Shown piece by piece: positions 1-9,444 of a stretch of 32,702 nt of DNA. The notes beneath the pieces are model-generated. The model worked only from the letters and a program-made list of their open reading frames with translations, made no database searches and had not been told where the DNA came from. Origin of the DNA: a virus; UHGV virus genome UHGV-1394528. One strand, 5' to 3'. The translations under genes were made by a program, and so were the position numbers. Positions within the stretch are counted from its first letter, which is position 1. The number at the start of each line of letters is the position of its first letter.

Positions 1-815
1 AGTCCACGACACATCGCCCCGTCAGCTTGCGCTGGGAGCTGTGCAGGTAGGTCCTGCTCCTGGTCTACACGAGACTGGTTGGATACCCCAGCATAAGTAT
101 CGCCAGCGTCGGAGGATACCACACAGTTGCTCAACCCATAGAAGAACAAGTATGCGCCGCGTACGCTAACGTTCCCAGCTGGCAATCCATTCGCTACAAG
201 AGAGTCTCGCAGCTGCTGAGCAACGTAGGCACCTGATACCTCCTCAGCGTTACCACTGGTACTGCCAGCAGCTGGGGCGGTGTAGTCCCCGGAGTAATCT
301 ACCCCGGCAGATGTAACAGTGATGTTCCAGCGTTTCTGGAATGCTGCAGATTTAACGTAGAAGAACCCAGTGGTGCCTGGGTCAATACGCCCCGTATTGT
401 CCACGGTTGTGTTCGGGGCCATCTCCGTATTCAGGATATAAGTCAGTCCAGCAATACTCGCGGTCTGCAAAGAGGTCTGACCCACGGTGGTAATAAAGTA
501 CGGGTCGTTTCCGGAGTTAAGGATGGTCTTTCCATTCTTAGCCAGTAACCACCAGTTACCGTTGCTGGTGTTAATCAGCAGGTGCCTGCCGTCAGTTCCA
601 CGCTCTACGTATTCAGTGAACAGGGAATCAAGCCCTGGACTATCAATCGTGCTTTCCCAGACAATCTCACCAGGAGGTCTGCGGCGGATACCGGAAACCG
701 GGTCGCTGAGCATGTTCAGCTGCGCCCCCAGTTGTCCTGGTTGGCGCTCTCTCGGAACCTGTTGGGAAACCCCCTGCAGCAAGCTCTGAATAGTACCTTC
801 TAATGATTGCGCCAT
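1..815 (-). CDS. tail tubular protein B (T7 gp12-like), 5' part; continues beyond window start
   Basis: Minus frame open from ATG 813-815 (SD GGAGAGG upstream) to position 1. N-terminus MAQSLEGTIQSLLQGVSQQVP resembles T7 gp12 N-terminus. Directly follows gp11 homolog. Absent from ORF track because it is not closed inside the window. Confidence 0.75.
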   Translation of the reverse strand, partial: MAQSLEGTIQSLLQGVSQQVPRERQPGQLGAQLNMLSDPVSGIRRRPPGEIVWESTIDSPGLDSLFTEYVERGTDGRHLLINTSNGNWWLLAKNGKTILNSGNDPYFITTVGQTSLQTASIAGLTYILNTEMAPNTTVDNTGRIDPGTTGFFYVKSAAFQKRWNITVTSAGVDYSGDYTAPAAGSTSGNAEEVSGAYVAQQLRDSLVANGLPAGNVSVRGAYLFFYGLSNCVVSSDAGDTYAGVSNQSRVDQEQDLPAQLPAQADGAMCRG

Positions 816-824
816 AACCTCTCC

Positions 825-1385
825 TTAAACCATAAAACGAGCGCGGCGGATTCTGCGTGCAAAGCGTGTCTTGCTGGTGCTGAACCTTTGGTTGCGCAGA
901 TGCTCACGCAGCACCATGCTCTTGTAGCGCTCAGCTTCCTGTGCGTAATTAGCGTAGTTGCTATCGCCGCCCAGGTCGTTGAGGTACACCTGTGCAGTGG
1001 TATAGTTAGCCACCCACATAGCTGCATGCTCCGGCAGGTCCTCAAAGTCCAAGTCAAGGACTATTTTGAGCTTAACGGAGCTGTCGAAGTATTGGTTCTG
1101 CTCCATCAGGTCGTACAGGTTCCCATCACGCACCCCGTACTTGGAGTCAGAGCCAGCATCGTACACAGCCAACTGGTTCCACGGCACTTTGATAAAACCG
1201 TCAGCAGTGGGAGCAACTTCACGCTCTACCACGTTAAACCAGAATCCTGTGCTGAGTAACCCGCGACGATTGCGCGCAAGCGCAGAGCGAGCTAACCCCG
1301 CACTGGGGTTACTGGTGTTGATGTCCATAACGCGAGACTCCCCCAGGGCTTCAAGCGTCAGGTTCACAGCATCTAATTCTCTCAT
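825..1385 (-). CDS. tail tubular protein A (T7 gp11-like)
   Basis: Track ORF 825..1460 trimmed to Met26 (ATG 1383-1385, SD GAGGA 7 nt upstream); the first 25 codons translate the terminator hairpin and T-tract. Pattern AVN..L..LGE..N..AR..L resembles the T7 gp11 N-terminus; position after capsid. Confidence 0.75.
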   Translation of the reverse strand: MRELDAVNLTLEALGESRVMDINTSNPSAGLARSALARNRRGLLSTGFWFNVVEREVAPTADGFIKVPWNQLAVYDAGSDSKYGVRDGNLYDLMEQNQYFDSSVKLKIVLDLDFEDLPEHAAMWVANYTTAQVYLNDLGGDSNYANYAQEAERYKSMVLREHLRNQRFSTSKTRFARRIRRARFMV

Positions 1386-1431
1386 ATTTGTTCCTCTATT
1401 AAAGACCCCTTGGACCCTTAAGACAGGGACA

Positions 1432-1468
1432 AAAAAAAAGCCCCTGGCACCCGAAGGCACCAGGGGCG
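1432..1468 (-). terminator. intrinsic (rho-independent) terminator after the capsid region
   Basis: Minus-strand RNA: 12-bp stem GCCCCUGGUGCC / GGUGCCAGGGGC (two G-U pairs), UUCG tetraloop, then U9. On the plus strand the run is A9 upstream of the stem, so it works only for minus-strand transcription. Confidence 0.8.
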
Positions 1469-1472
1469 CGTA

Positions 1473-1655
1473 CTACTCTTCCGTAGTATCAGCGGCTACG
1501 TCAGCCGCCTTACGGGTTTTCTTGGTAGCCTTGCGGCCAGACTCGACCGAAGCCACCTGGATGTTCTTCGCTACATCGGTGGCGGCCTTAACCGCCTCCC
1601 GCTGAGCTGCATTGGCCTGGAGAGTCTCCAGACCGAACGTAGCAATTACTGCCAT
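1473..1655 (-). CDS. hypothetical 60-aa protein downstream of capsid gene
   Basis: Track ORF; strong SD (TTGGAGG, 5-nt spacer); lies in the -1 frame relative to the capsid gene and directly before the terminator. Confidence 0.5.
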   Translation of the reverse strand: MAVIATFGLETLQANAAQREAVKAATDVAKNIQVASVESGRKATKKTRKAADVAADTTEE

Positions 1656-1666
1656 TGAACCTCCAA

Positions 1667-2686
1667 TTAGGGCTTGGTGGTGAAGGTGAACTTGGTCACT
1701 GCAGCGGTGTCCGGACGGCGCAGGCCGATGTTGTACATCGCGTAGCAGTCCAGCACGTTGCTGAACTCGCGCTCATCATCCCAGATACGGGAGGTGAACG
1801 GCTTAGCTTCAACAGTCACCAGGGTCTTGGACTTGCTGAAAGTCACCATACGGCACAGCGCGTCGTCAGAGGTGACGGTGTAAGCAGAGCCCAACGGGTG
1901 CGTACCGGCAGCGGTCGGGAACTCGGTGCACTCTACCACAGGCACGCCGTTCATCTTCACTACACGGCGGTCTTTGTAACCGTCGTTGTTGGATGCACCG
2001 AAGTCCAGGTTCAGGAGCTTCGGATGCTCCAGCAGACGCGAATAGGTATCGACATCCACCAGGGTAATCATGTCCGCCAGCGGGGTCTTGCGCTTGATGA
2101 GTTCATCGATACCAGCCTTGTGGGCCAGGTTGATGTTCATAGCGTTCGCCTCCATCTCAGCCTGGGTCAGCTGCGTGGCGGTGGTGGTACCCGGAACCAG
2201 GACGGCTGCGCCCACCTCGATACCGTCATTGAATGCTGGTTTCAGGTGCGCCGGAGCAACCCAGGAGCGGCCCTTGATGAGCTGAATCAGGTGCGCCTGG
2301 TCGAAGGTCTCCGCGAACTCAGAGCCGTTGTTCTGACCCATCTCGGTCAGGAAGTCCGGACCGGTCCAGTCATCCTGGTAGTCAATCGGGTTACGGATAT
2401 ACAGCACCGTATCCACCACGATAATCATCTTATCGTTACGGACCGGGGTGCTATCCAGCGCCTCACCGGAGCGACGACCTTTCACCGAGGAGGTGTTCAG
2501 GCGGTCAATACGGTAGGTGTTGGAACCACTGATAGAGCGCTGGCTGGAGAGGCCCAGGAACAGAGCCTGGTACTGGAAGCGGGTGTCGACTTCATTCTGG
2601 TACACTTCCAGGTGAATATCGACGTCAGACGCCGCGCCTGCCCAGTGGGCTCTTGTCAAGTTAGCTTTATAGATGGTATCGGCCAT
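1667..2686 (-). CDS. major capsid protein (T7 gp10-like)
   Basis: 339 aa, size and position (after scaffold, before terminator) typical of T7-like major capsid; SD AAGGAAAG upstream. Confidence 0.8.
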   Translation of the reverse strand: MADTIYKANLTRAHWAGAASDVDIHLEVYQNEVDTRFQYQALFLGLSSQRSISGSNTYRIDRLNTSSVKGRRSGEALDSTPVRNDKMIIVVDTVLYIRNPIDYQDDWTGPDFLTEMGQNNGSEFAETFDQAHLIQLIKGRSWVAPAHLKPAFNDGIEVGAAVLVPGTTTATQLTQAEMEANAMNINLAHKAGIDELIKRKTPLADMITLVDVDTYSRLLEHPKLLNLDFGASNNDGYKDRRVVKMNGVPVVECTEFPTAAGTHPLGSAYTVTSDDALCRMVTFSKSKTLVTVEAKPFTSRIWDDEREFSNVLDCYAMYNIGLRRPDTAAVTKFTFTTKP

Positions 2687-2698
2687 ATTCTACTTTCC

Positions 2699-3175
2699 TT
2701 ATTTAAGTACATTAACAGATGCATAAGCATGCATCTTTGCTTTAGCTTTCAGGTAGGCATCTCGCGCTGCGTGTTCGCAGTCAAAGTGCCCGAGGTGTGT
2801 TGTCTTACCATTTAGCTGTATGTAGGCCCGCCACTTGTTAGCTCGGGAATCCCAACAATAGCCTTTCCACACAGAGTTCTGAGCGTTACCTGATTTGTCA
2901 ACTAGGCGCAGGTTCTCAATTCTATTGTCTGCTTTATCCAGATTAATGTGGTCCACCATCAACCCTTGGGGTATATCCCCGTGATGCATGAACCAAACAA
3001 GCCGGTGTGCATACTCTCTCACCCGTCCCGCTGCCCCGCGGTCCCAGGTCACGCGGCGGTATCCCCAGTTATTCTGGTAGGTATCACCGAAACGACCTGT
3101 GGCCTTGTTAATCAAGCGCCCGTCTTCTGTGTAGGTGTAGCGATTAGCTAGTTCTTGCAAGAGATTAATCTCCAT
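2699..3175 (-). CDS. HNH homing endonuclease with AP2-like DNA-binding domain
   Basis: Motif AHRLVW...VDHINLDKADNRIENLRLV (HNH_3 type) followed by an AP2-like WRAYIQLNGKTTHLGHF segment; inserted between scaffold and capsid genes. Confidence 0.8.
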   Translation of the reverse strand: MEINLLQELANRYTYTEDGRLINKATGRFGDTYQNNWGYRRVTWDRGAAGRVREYAHRLVWFMHHGDIPQGLMVDHINLDKADNRIENLRLVDKSGNAQNSVWKGYCWDSRANKWRAYIQLNGKTTHLGHFDCEHAARDAYLKAKAKMHAYASVNVLK

Positions 3176-3187
3176 GATTGGTAAGTA

Positions 3188-4030
3188 TTAGAGACCTACG
3201 CGCTTACCGGCTTCACGGCGTGCGAGCAAATCGTTATAACGTTGACTGAACTGTGGGGATGCCAAGCTACGGTTGCCCGCTTCCTGACGGAGTTTGGTAT
3301 ACTCTGCACGGAAGTCCGCAGCAGATAGTGCATTGTTGCTAGCTACGCCTCGTACCATTGGGTTCTGTGTCTTGATAAGACCCATATCCCGGCAGAAGCC
3401 CGCCACCAACTCGGCGGCCTGCTTAAGCTCGCCTGCGTTAGCGAGTACACGAGCTGCGTTACGCAGAGGTTCCGGAGCCTTGGAATTAAACAGCTGCGCT
3501 GCTACCTCCCAGTTCTCCTTCCCGCCTACAATATCGTAAGCTTCCTGTACTGCTTTGGTGGCTTGGCCAACCTGGTCTTCCAGGTACGCCTTGGCCAGCA
3601 GCTCTGCATAAGCAGCGTGCTCGCCGAAACGTTCCTTAATGAAGGCCGTATCGATTAGGTTAGGGTCCTGGTACTCCAGGGCCTTACCAAGTGCCCGCAC
3701 CATATCAGAGTCAGTTAACCCAGAGACTTTCTGCAACATAGCTACACCGGCGTCAATCGTCGGGTTGCCAGTCTTAGCCAGCTCCTGGGGCTGCTCTTTA
3801 GCGCTATCGCCACCCTTATCCAGGGCCGCTTTTAGGGCTTCGATATCCAGAGGAATCTTAGCAGGGTCAGGGGAATCTTTGCCCTGTTGCTGCTGGGTAG
3901 GTGTCTGTGCATCCTGCACGCCTTGATTGTTCGGGGCGCTAAGGGGAGCACCTAGGCCCGGAATCTTAGGACCACCTTGGTTCTCTACCTGTGTAGTTTC
4001 TACGTTTTGACCGTTTTCTACGTTATCCAT
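3188..4030 (-). CDS. scaffolding protein (T7 gp9-like)
   Basis: 280 aa, acidic and Q/A-rich, low complexity, located between portal and capsid genes. Confidence 0.65.
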   Translation of the reverse strand: MDNVENGQNVETTQVENQGGPKIPGLGAPLSAPNNQGVQDAQTPTQQQQGKDSPDPAKIPLDIEALKAALDKGGDSAKEQPQELAKTGNPTIDAGVAMLQKVSGLTDSDMVRALGKALEYQDPNLIDTAFIKERFGEHAAYAELLAKAYLEDQVGQATKAVQEAYDIVGGKENWEVAAQLFNSKAPEPLRNAARVLANAGELKQAAELVAGFCRDMGLIKTQNPMVRGVASNNALSAADFRAEYTKLRQEAGNRSLASPQFSQRYNDLLARREAGKRVGL

Positions 4031-4044
4031 CTATGCCTCTGTTG

Positions 4045-5640
4045 TTAACTTGGTAATAAGCCCAGCTGCTTACCTGCTACTGTCGGGTCCGCTGCTGTCA
4101 AGCCCTGGAGTTGGTCCTGTGCTGCACCTGCGGATACATCGGCAGACGCATCTTGAACCTGTTGCTTCTGCTGCAGCTGCTCTTCGGTGTACATGAACGG
4201 CTCGCTGACGATACCATAGGCGTCGAAGTACCAGTCTACACACGCATCCTTGTTGAAGCGCGGAGTAATCTGCTCAAGCACCGGGATAGCCAGCTGCATG
4301 GACTGTGCCGCCTCTAACAGCTTGTCCGCTGCCGCGGCTTTAGCCAGCGCAGAGGTACCTACTGTAACGTTGATGCTCACCACGCCTTCGCTGAGGTACA
4401 ACTTAAAGCGAGGGTACACCAGTGCAGTGTACAGGTACGCCAGCTTACGCAGCCAGGTGTCGCTCAGGATACTGAACCCACCACCCATAGCGGCTTCCGC
4501 CTCTTTGGCGTTCTGGCGAATCTCATAAGCCGTGACACGCTCACCCTGCCGGGAGTTGCCGGTGTACATAAACGCACGAGACAGTTTCTGTTCGAGCATC
4601 TGGATGTTGCTGGCAATCCACTGAATCTTCTGGGCAGAGCCGCCCTCGTAAGCAGTGACAGGAGACTTAGTGTTTCCGTTGGAACCACCGCCGCCCACCT
4701 GCACGGCCTCCCCGGTCTCCGCCGTAGAGAACTCGTCCACATCCAGGCCAGAACTAGAATCTACTAGTGGAATCAGCCGAGAGGCTTCGACCTCGTAGTT
4801 AGTCAGTGCTTCCGACAGTACCGATAATCGGGCAAAGTCCCCAGCGTAGTCCTCTACCAAGCCGCGCCCGTAGTGCTCGCCACTAACAAGGTTCCACACC
4901 AGCACGTTGTAGGGGAGCTCCAGCTCCGGATAGGTGCTGCTGTCCCCGATACGGTGTCCATCGGCTTCTTGATACACCTCGTAGCTTACTACCTCTACGC
5001 CTTCCTCTGTCAGCTTAACTTTGCGACAAGCGGCAGTGTAGATATCAACGTCGCCGTATGGGTCTTTGTCACGGTAGAAGGTGTTCTGGAAATCCTCTGG
5101 CAGGTCCTGGACGCTTGTGCGCTCTCTGATAATGAGTCGCAGGACGTTCCCGCTGCCATCCCTTCGAACGGTAAAGTTACGAACTGAGTAGACGATGGAT
5201 TTACCTGTCCGCTCATCAATATACTCCAACGCGTTACCTGTAACCAGCAGCAGCTTCACAGCTTGCAACTTCGCAGCATAACCGTCTTTCTCAAATACTT
5301 TCTGTGACGCTGTGTTCTCAACCTCAGCCAGCTTAGATTCTGCCGTAGCTGCACTGCCCAGCGAACTAATGAACTCGTCCAGGTCCGAACTCTTGGAGAA
5401 CCGGAAGAAGCTAGTGCCCTGAGGGAACAGTGCCCCTACAATCTTAGTGGCTGCAGTGTTGACCAGCTGCGCGCCGGTGCTCTGGTAGTCACGCTCTAGC
5501 GGTCTGCGTCTACCGTCCAGGGAATCGTCCCGGGTAAAGATAGTGCTGAGCGTCCACTGCGCGAACTTCTCGGAGGCATCCAATACACCTGCGTCCTGGT
5601 CCTTCTTAAAGAGTTCTGCTAATGTTGCTTTTTGTTCCAA
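4045..5640 (-). CDS. portal / head-tail connector protein (T7 gp8-like)
   Basis: 531 aa; segments KLQAVKLLLVTGNALEYI and GERVTAYEIRQNAKEAEAAMGGGFSILSDTW match conserved T7 gp8 blocks; apparent TTG start 9 nt after upstream stop. Confidence 0.85.
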   Translation of the reverse strand: MEQKATLAELFKKDQDAGVLDASEKFAQWTLSTIFTRDDSLDGRRRPLERDYQSTGAQLVNTAATKIVGALFPQGTSFFRFSKSSDLDEFISSLGSAATAESKLAEVENTASQKVFEKDGYAAKLQAVKLLLVTGNALEYIDERTGKSIVYSVRNFTVRRDGSGNVLRLIIRERTSVQDLPEDFQNTFYRDKDPYGDVDIYTAACRKVKLTEEGVEVVSYEVYQEADGHRIGDSSTYPELELPYNVLVWNLVSGEHYGRGLVEDYAGDFARLSVLSEALTNYEVEASRLIPLVDSSSGLDVDEFSTAETGEAVQVGGGGSNGNTKSPVTAYEGGSAQKIQWIASNIQMLEQKLSRAFMYTGNSRQGERVTAYEIRQNAKEAEAAMGGGFSILSDTWLRKLAYLYTALVYPRFKLYLSEGVVSINVTVGTSALAKAAAADKLLEAAQSMQLAIPVLEQITPRFNKDACVDWYFDAYGIVSEPFMYTEEQLQQKQQVQDASADVSAGAAQDQLQGLTAADPTVAGKQLGLLPS

Positions 5641-5649
5641 GCTACCCCC

Positions 5650-5916
5650 TTACAGGCCCAGAGGATTGCTCTGCCCTGCTTGTCGCCGTTTCTTCTGCTC
5701 AGACGTAATTGCATCTGCAGATTCAGAGGCAGCCCCTGCGGGGTCAATCTCAGCAATGTTATCTGCGGCGCTATTAGCCTCTAAGGCAGCCTGTTGTTTA
5801 GCTGCGCTGGCCTGCTGCTCTGCCAAGCGCTGCTGCGCCTCTAATCCTGCGTTGTCAGTAAGGCCGAGCATGTCCGTGGCCTTACCTAACAGCTTACCTA
5901 AATTACCACCACTCAT
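5650..5916 (-). CDS. hypothetical protein (possible virion protein), 88 aa
   Basis: Track ORF, A/Q-rich low complexity, overlaps upstream gene by 4 nt (ATGA), sits between RNAP and portal. Confidence 0.5.
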   Translation of the reverse strand: MSGGNLGKLLGKATDMLGLTDNAGLEAQQRLAEQQASAAKQQAALEANSAADNIAEIDPAGAASESADAITSEQKKRRQAGQSNPLGL

Positions 5917-6353
5917 TCTGACCTCACTAAATGATAAGTTGTCTTGTACGTGTTATCCGATGTACTCCGGCTAATGGCTATACGCCCAGCGCGCATGCAT
6001 TTGGCTATTGCGCGCAGGCCTTGCATAATCACAGACACTGCCGCGCCGTTGTCCGGTTTCAATACGAAGAAGTCTGTATACAGCACAGGCTCTACGTAAT
6101 GACAGTCCTCTACAGCCTCTGGGTAGTAGCTGACAGCACCGACTAAGTCGCCTTGGGAGTCATAGACTCCTAGTATATACTGTTTACCCAGTATACTTCC
6201 CAGCACCCTCCAGTAGTGCTGCTCTGGAGCCAGGCCCCGACTAATGCCGTGGCCCAGTTCATGCAGTTGCTTCACTGCGTCCGTAATGTCGTCAGACTTA
6301 TACAGAACTCTGAGAGTGTAGTCGGAAGTTTTACTAGTGTGTTTTAACTTCAT
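5913..6353 (-). CDS. hypothetical protein, 146 aa, first gene after RNAP
   Basis: Track ORF; start preceded by the 17-bp repeat ATGTTACAGGAGTAGGA that contains an AGGAG SD. Confidence 0.55.
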   Translation of the reverse strand: MKLKHTSKTSDYTLRVLYKSDDITDAVKQLHELGHGISRGLAPEQHYWRVLGSILGKQYILGVYDSQGDLVGAVSYYPEAVEDCHYVEPVLYTDFFVLKPDNGAAVSVIMQGLRAIAKCMRAGRIAISRSTSDNTYKTTYHLVRSE

Positions 6354-6378
6354 TCCTACTCCTGTAACATTAAATTTT

Positions 6379-8847
6379 TTAGCAGAAGAAGAACGGGGAT
6401 TCTAGCACTTGCCGGATGTCCAAAGTGCCCACTTCCGGCATGTCCAGGTCCGTCAAGTCTGCCCCGGCTGCTGCTGCCGCGCGAGTAATGTAGCCAAGCA
6501 GGTCATTCTCTTCATACAGGCGCACAAACTGCTCACGGATGTGCCTATGCATAGCGTCAACGTCAGCTGCGTGAGTAGCCAGCGAGTCGTGAATAGGCAC
6601 AATGTCCAACCCCTCCGCAGCACAGAGCACCATCATCAAGTGCGTACTGTCCAGGCTATGCACAAAGTTCGGGGCAATCCCGGAGGCTGCCTTGCGCTTG
6701 TTGCAAGTTTTGAAGTCCCGGTTGTGTACCAGTACCGCTGACAGGTTCATGCAGTCAATACGTACGCGCACTTCTTCACGCTGCGTGTAGCGGTTCATTA
6801 CGAGCCCACCCAGCGGCGTATACCACTGCAGATGCTGGCTTGCCGGTACACGCCTAGCGAGGTTCTGCAAGTACCCCATAACTGCGGCTGCGGCTGGGTT
6901 TGCCTCCTCGATAGCAGTGCGCATACGCGGAGCCAGGTAGCATGACAAGTTCCACAGACTGTTAGTCTCAGTACCCTCGTACCCCTCAGCGCAAGCGCCT
7001 TCGAAGATGTAGTCGCTGCAGCTGCGCACAGTGGCGCTGTAGAAGTAGGTCATACTAGGGCGCTTGGTCATGCTGCGGGTGATTTCGTTCTCTCTCCAGT
7101 ACGTGCTCTGGATAACGAAATCCTCCTTGTCCAGGTCCAGTATCACCTTCTCGTCCGTACGGCGCTTCACGTCCATGTACAGGTCCGCTTTCTTATCATT
7201 ACCCTCCCAGTACAGGTTCGTCAAGCGTCCGCCCACAGGGTCTCTCAGGAGCGCTGAGAGATGCTGTCCACCTGAGTTTGTAGCGTCCATAGCAACTGGG
7301 ATTCGGCTAATATGCTCTTCTGGGCATCCAGAACGAACCGCATTAACCAAGTCGATAGCGGCGGCCAGCAGGCACCAGGGGCTATCCGCAGAGGAAAAAG
7401 CAGGGGCATCAAGAGGAGAATCCGCGAGCCTCTCAATCTCTGCATAGTTCGCATCAACCCAAGCTGCACGGTCTTCGAATAGGGTTTTGTCATAACCAAA
7501 GCAAGTGGCGACGTGCACTTTAAGCCAGAAAAGTCCGCGCTCTCCCAGAGGCTTGCCACGTCCGAATTCAAGAAGGGCTTTCTGCAAATCAGAACCTTGG
7601 GGATGCAGCGAGGACTTGAAGTACAGGCGGTAGCGCCAGTCCACACAAGTCGGGAAGTACAGGGCTTTCTCATCTTTGAATTCCTCCGCCATTTCCAGCG
7701 TGGTCAACAGGCTGCGTAGTTGTGACACACGCTTACGGTCTGCGCTGTACCATAGGGACATGCGCGTCTTCCACTCACCGAAGCGGCCCAGTTCTTCTTC
7801 GGTGTAGTTCTCTTTTGGTACTCCATCCAAGTACCACTCCGGTTTAGGCTCTGGTACTGAGCGGGGCATGCCCACCCCAATACCCAGGGCCCGTGCTTCT
7901 TGCACCAGTTCCAGTATGCGCTTATTAATACGGTATGGGGTTTCCTGTGCCTTATTAAGCGCCTTCTTGATGCCGTCCGCGGACTTAAATGCTTCCGCTA
8001 CTTCACGGAGTCGCGCGCGGTCGATGTGCGAGTTGTGATAGGTCCCGCGATTGTCGATGGGGGTAAGGTACCCGCCATCCCACATAGTGGTGTGCTGTAC
8101 CGGTGGCACCAGCATAGGCGGCTTCATGGTTACGGTATCAGCGGACTCTACCAGTTTCTGGAAGGCCTCCATAACATCGTCAGCCGGGTAGAGCATGCTC
8201 AGGTTCCCACTACAGTTCTTCCATTGGAACAGGCCAGTCTCAAACACCGCGGCACATAGCAGCCGACCTACTGAGATATTCTGGGAGTTGGTCCATGGCT
8301 CGTGCCCATAGTGCACGTTCTCAGCACTGGCCCGCAGCGTACGCAGGATGTGCGTGGGAGACTTGGTCTTACGCTCCGTAAGGTACTCGTACACACGGTC
8401 CATGTACGCCGGAGCCACGTTGCGTAACTGCAGGGCCAGCAGTTCCGATTGTACGTTCCGGCCCAGCGCGGACATTACCGCCTGTGCAGTCTGGCGGCGG
8501 CTAGCGGACTCGCCAGGAGCTACGCTAAATGCCTCAAACATTGTGCATAGGCTCAGGGTGGTCAGGACATCCAAGGGGACTAAGCGCAGGAACCGGCGGT
8601 ACTTACCGCCAATGCCCGGGGCTTTTACATTTCGCATCTCATCGATAGCGGCGGCGGCCACCTCATATGCCGAGGTGAGCATACGCTGCGTCATCGGCAG
8701 GTTCATAATCCCACCGTTCTGCAATGCGTCCGTAATCAGCTTACGTGCCCGCTCGATTCCGCGAATCTTATAGGTCTCTTCAAGCTCCAGCTGGCGTTTC
8801 ACCAGTGCTTCCTCTGGTACTACAACCGTATTCAGGGCGCTAATCAT
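6379..8847 (-). CDS. single-subunit DNA-directed RNA polymerase (T7 RNAP family)
   Basis: 822 aa; motif A-like DATNSGGQHLSALLRD (T7: DGSCSGIQHFSAMLRD) and motif C-like IHDSLATH (T7: HDSFGT). Confidence 0.9.
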   Translation of the reverse strand: MISALNTVVVPEEALVKRQLELEETYKIRGIERARKLITDALQNGGIMNLPMTQRMLTSAYEVAAAAIDEMRNVKAPGIGGKYRRFLRLVPLDVLTTLSLCTMFEAFSVAPGESASRRQTAQAVMSALGRNVQSELLALQLRNVAPAYMDRVYEYLTERKTKSPTHILRTLRASAENVHYGHEPWTNSQNISVGRLLCAAVFETGLFQWKNCSGNLSMLYPADDVMEAFQKLVESADTVTMKPPMLVPPVQHTTMWDGGYLTPIDNRGTYHNSHIDRARLREVAEAFKSADGIKKALNKAQETPYRINKRILELVQEARALGIGVGMPRSVPEPKPEWYLDGVPKENYTEEELGRFGEWKTRMSLWYSADRKRVSQLRSLLTTLEMAEEFKDEKALYFPTCVDWRYRLYFKSSLHPQGSDLQKALLEFGRGKPLGERGLFWLKVHVATCFGYDKTLFEDRAAWVDANYAEIERLADSPLDAPAFSSADSPWCLLAAAIDLVNAVRSGCPEEHISRIPVAMDATNSGGQHLSALLRDPVGGRLTNLYWEGNDKKADLYMDVKRRTDEKVILDLDKEDFVIQSTYWRENEITRSMTKRPSMTYFYSATVRSCSDYIFEGACAEGYEGTETNSLWNLSCYLAPRMRTAIEEANPAAAAVMGYLQNLARRVPASQHLQWYTPLGGLVMNRYTQREEVRVRIDCMNLSAVLVHNRDFKTCNKRKAASGIAPNFVHSLDSTHLMMVLCAAEGLDIVPIHDSLATHAADVDAMHRHIREQFVRLYEENDLLGYITRAAAAAGADLTDLDMPEVGTLDIRQVLESPFFFC

Positions 8848-8988
8848 AGGCGCTTAGTCTCCTTGGTTATGTCCGGTACTTCTAACTACTGATTGCGACT
8901 TACCCAGAGATTGTACATCTCCAGGTAGTCTTTAGCGGCGCGTTCGTCTCCCCGCTCTACTGCTTTCTGCCACATCCCGTGGCACCAC

Positions 8989-9444
8989 TCACTTGGCGTC
9001 AATGCACTTACCTCTGTGTTGCTCGTATAGTTCTGAGTACTTGTCGGACTTGGCAATGTCTTGTTCCAGCTTATCCTTGTTCCCGGCGCGCAGTCTGTAC
9101 TTGAGCCGGTTCCCCAGGCAGTATCCGTAGAACTGCTCTTTCGTCATACTGCGTGCAATCACCTCAATTGCCTCCAGGTCCGGGAAGAACTGGTAGTGCT
9201 TGGGTGAGTTCACTGCGTCGGGCGCTTGTGTGCTGGTTATGGGGACTTCCCCCGCTACATGGAAGTAGTCCGCGCGCCAACCGCCAGCTAGGTCTCCGCT
9301 TAGTGTAATTGTGGTGCCACTAACCTCAAGCACCTCCCTGGAGGCGTATGGGGAGATATGAAGAGACTCGCAGATTCGAGACCAGTCACCCGACACGTGC
9401 GTAGCTTTACGAACTACCACATCACCAACTTTAATATTACTCAT
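8989..9444 (-). CDS. DUF3310-like protein
   Basis: 151 aa; NSPKHYQ...LEAIEVI...LGNRLKYRLRAGNK resembles the conserved DUF3310 pattern as recalled from memory; overlaps endo VII stop by 4 nt. Confidence 0.55.
   Translation of the reverse strand: MSNIKVGDVVVRKATHVSGDWSRICESLHISPYASREVLEVSGTTITLSGDLAGGWRADYFHVAGEVPITSTQAPDAVNSPKHYQFFPDLEAIEVIARSMTKEQFYGYCLGNRLKYRLRAGNKDKLEQDIAKSDKYSELYEQHRGKCIDAK

Noticed and set aside
487-803. Plus-strand ORFs 487..789 and 582..803
   Set aside because: Antisense to the tail tubular protein B gene, whose N-terminus matches T7 gp12.
800-1057. 85-aa minus-strand ORF overlapping the gp11 homolog
   Set aside because: Out-of-frame overlap with the tail tubular protein A gene; Cys/Trp/Thr-rich, no homology features.
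1386-1460. N-terminal 25-codon extension of the tail tubular protein A ORF
   Set aside because: Encodes the terminator stem and T-tract (MPSGARGFFFV); the true start is the downstream ATG with a strong SD.
1655-2815. 386-aa plus-strand ORF opposite the major capsid gene
   Set aside because: Fully antisense to a well-supported minus-strand gene; low-complexity Gly/Arg/Val-rich translation typical of the antisense frame of GC-rich coding DNA.
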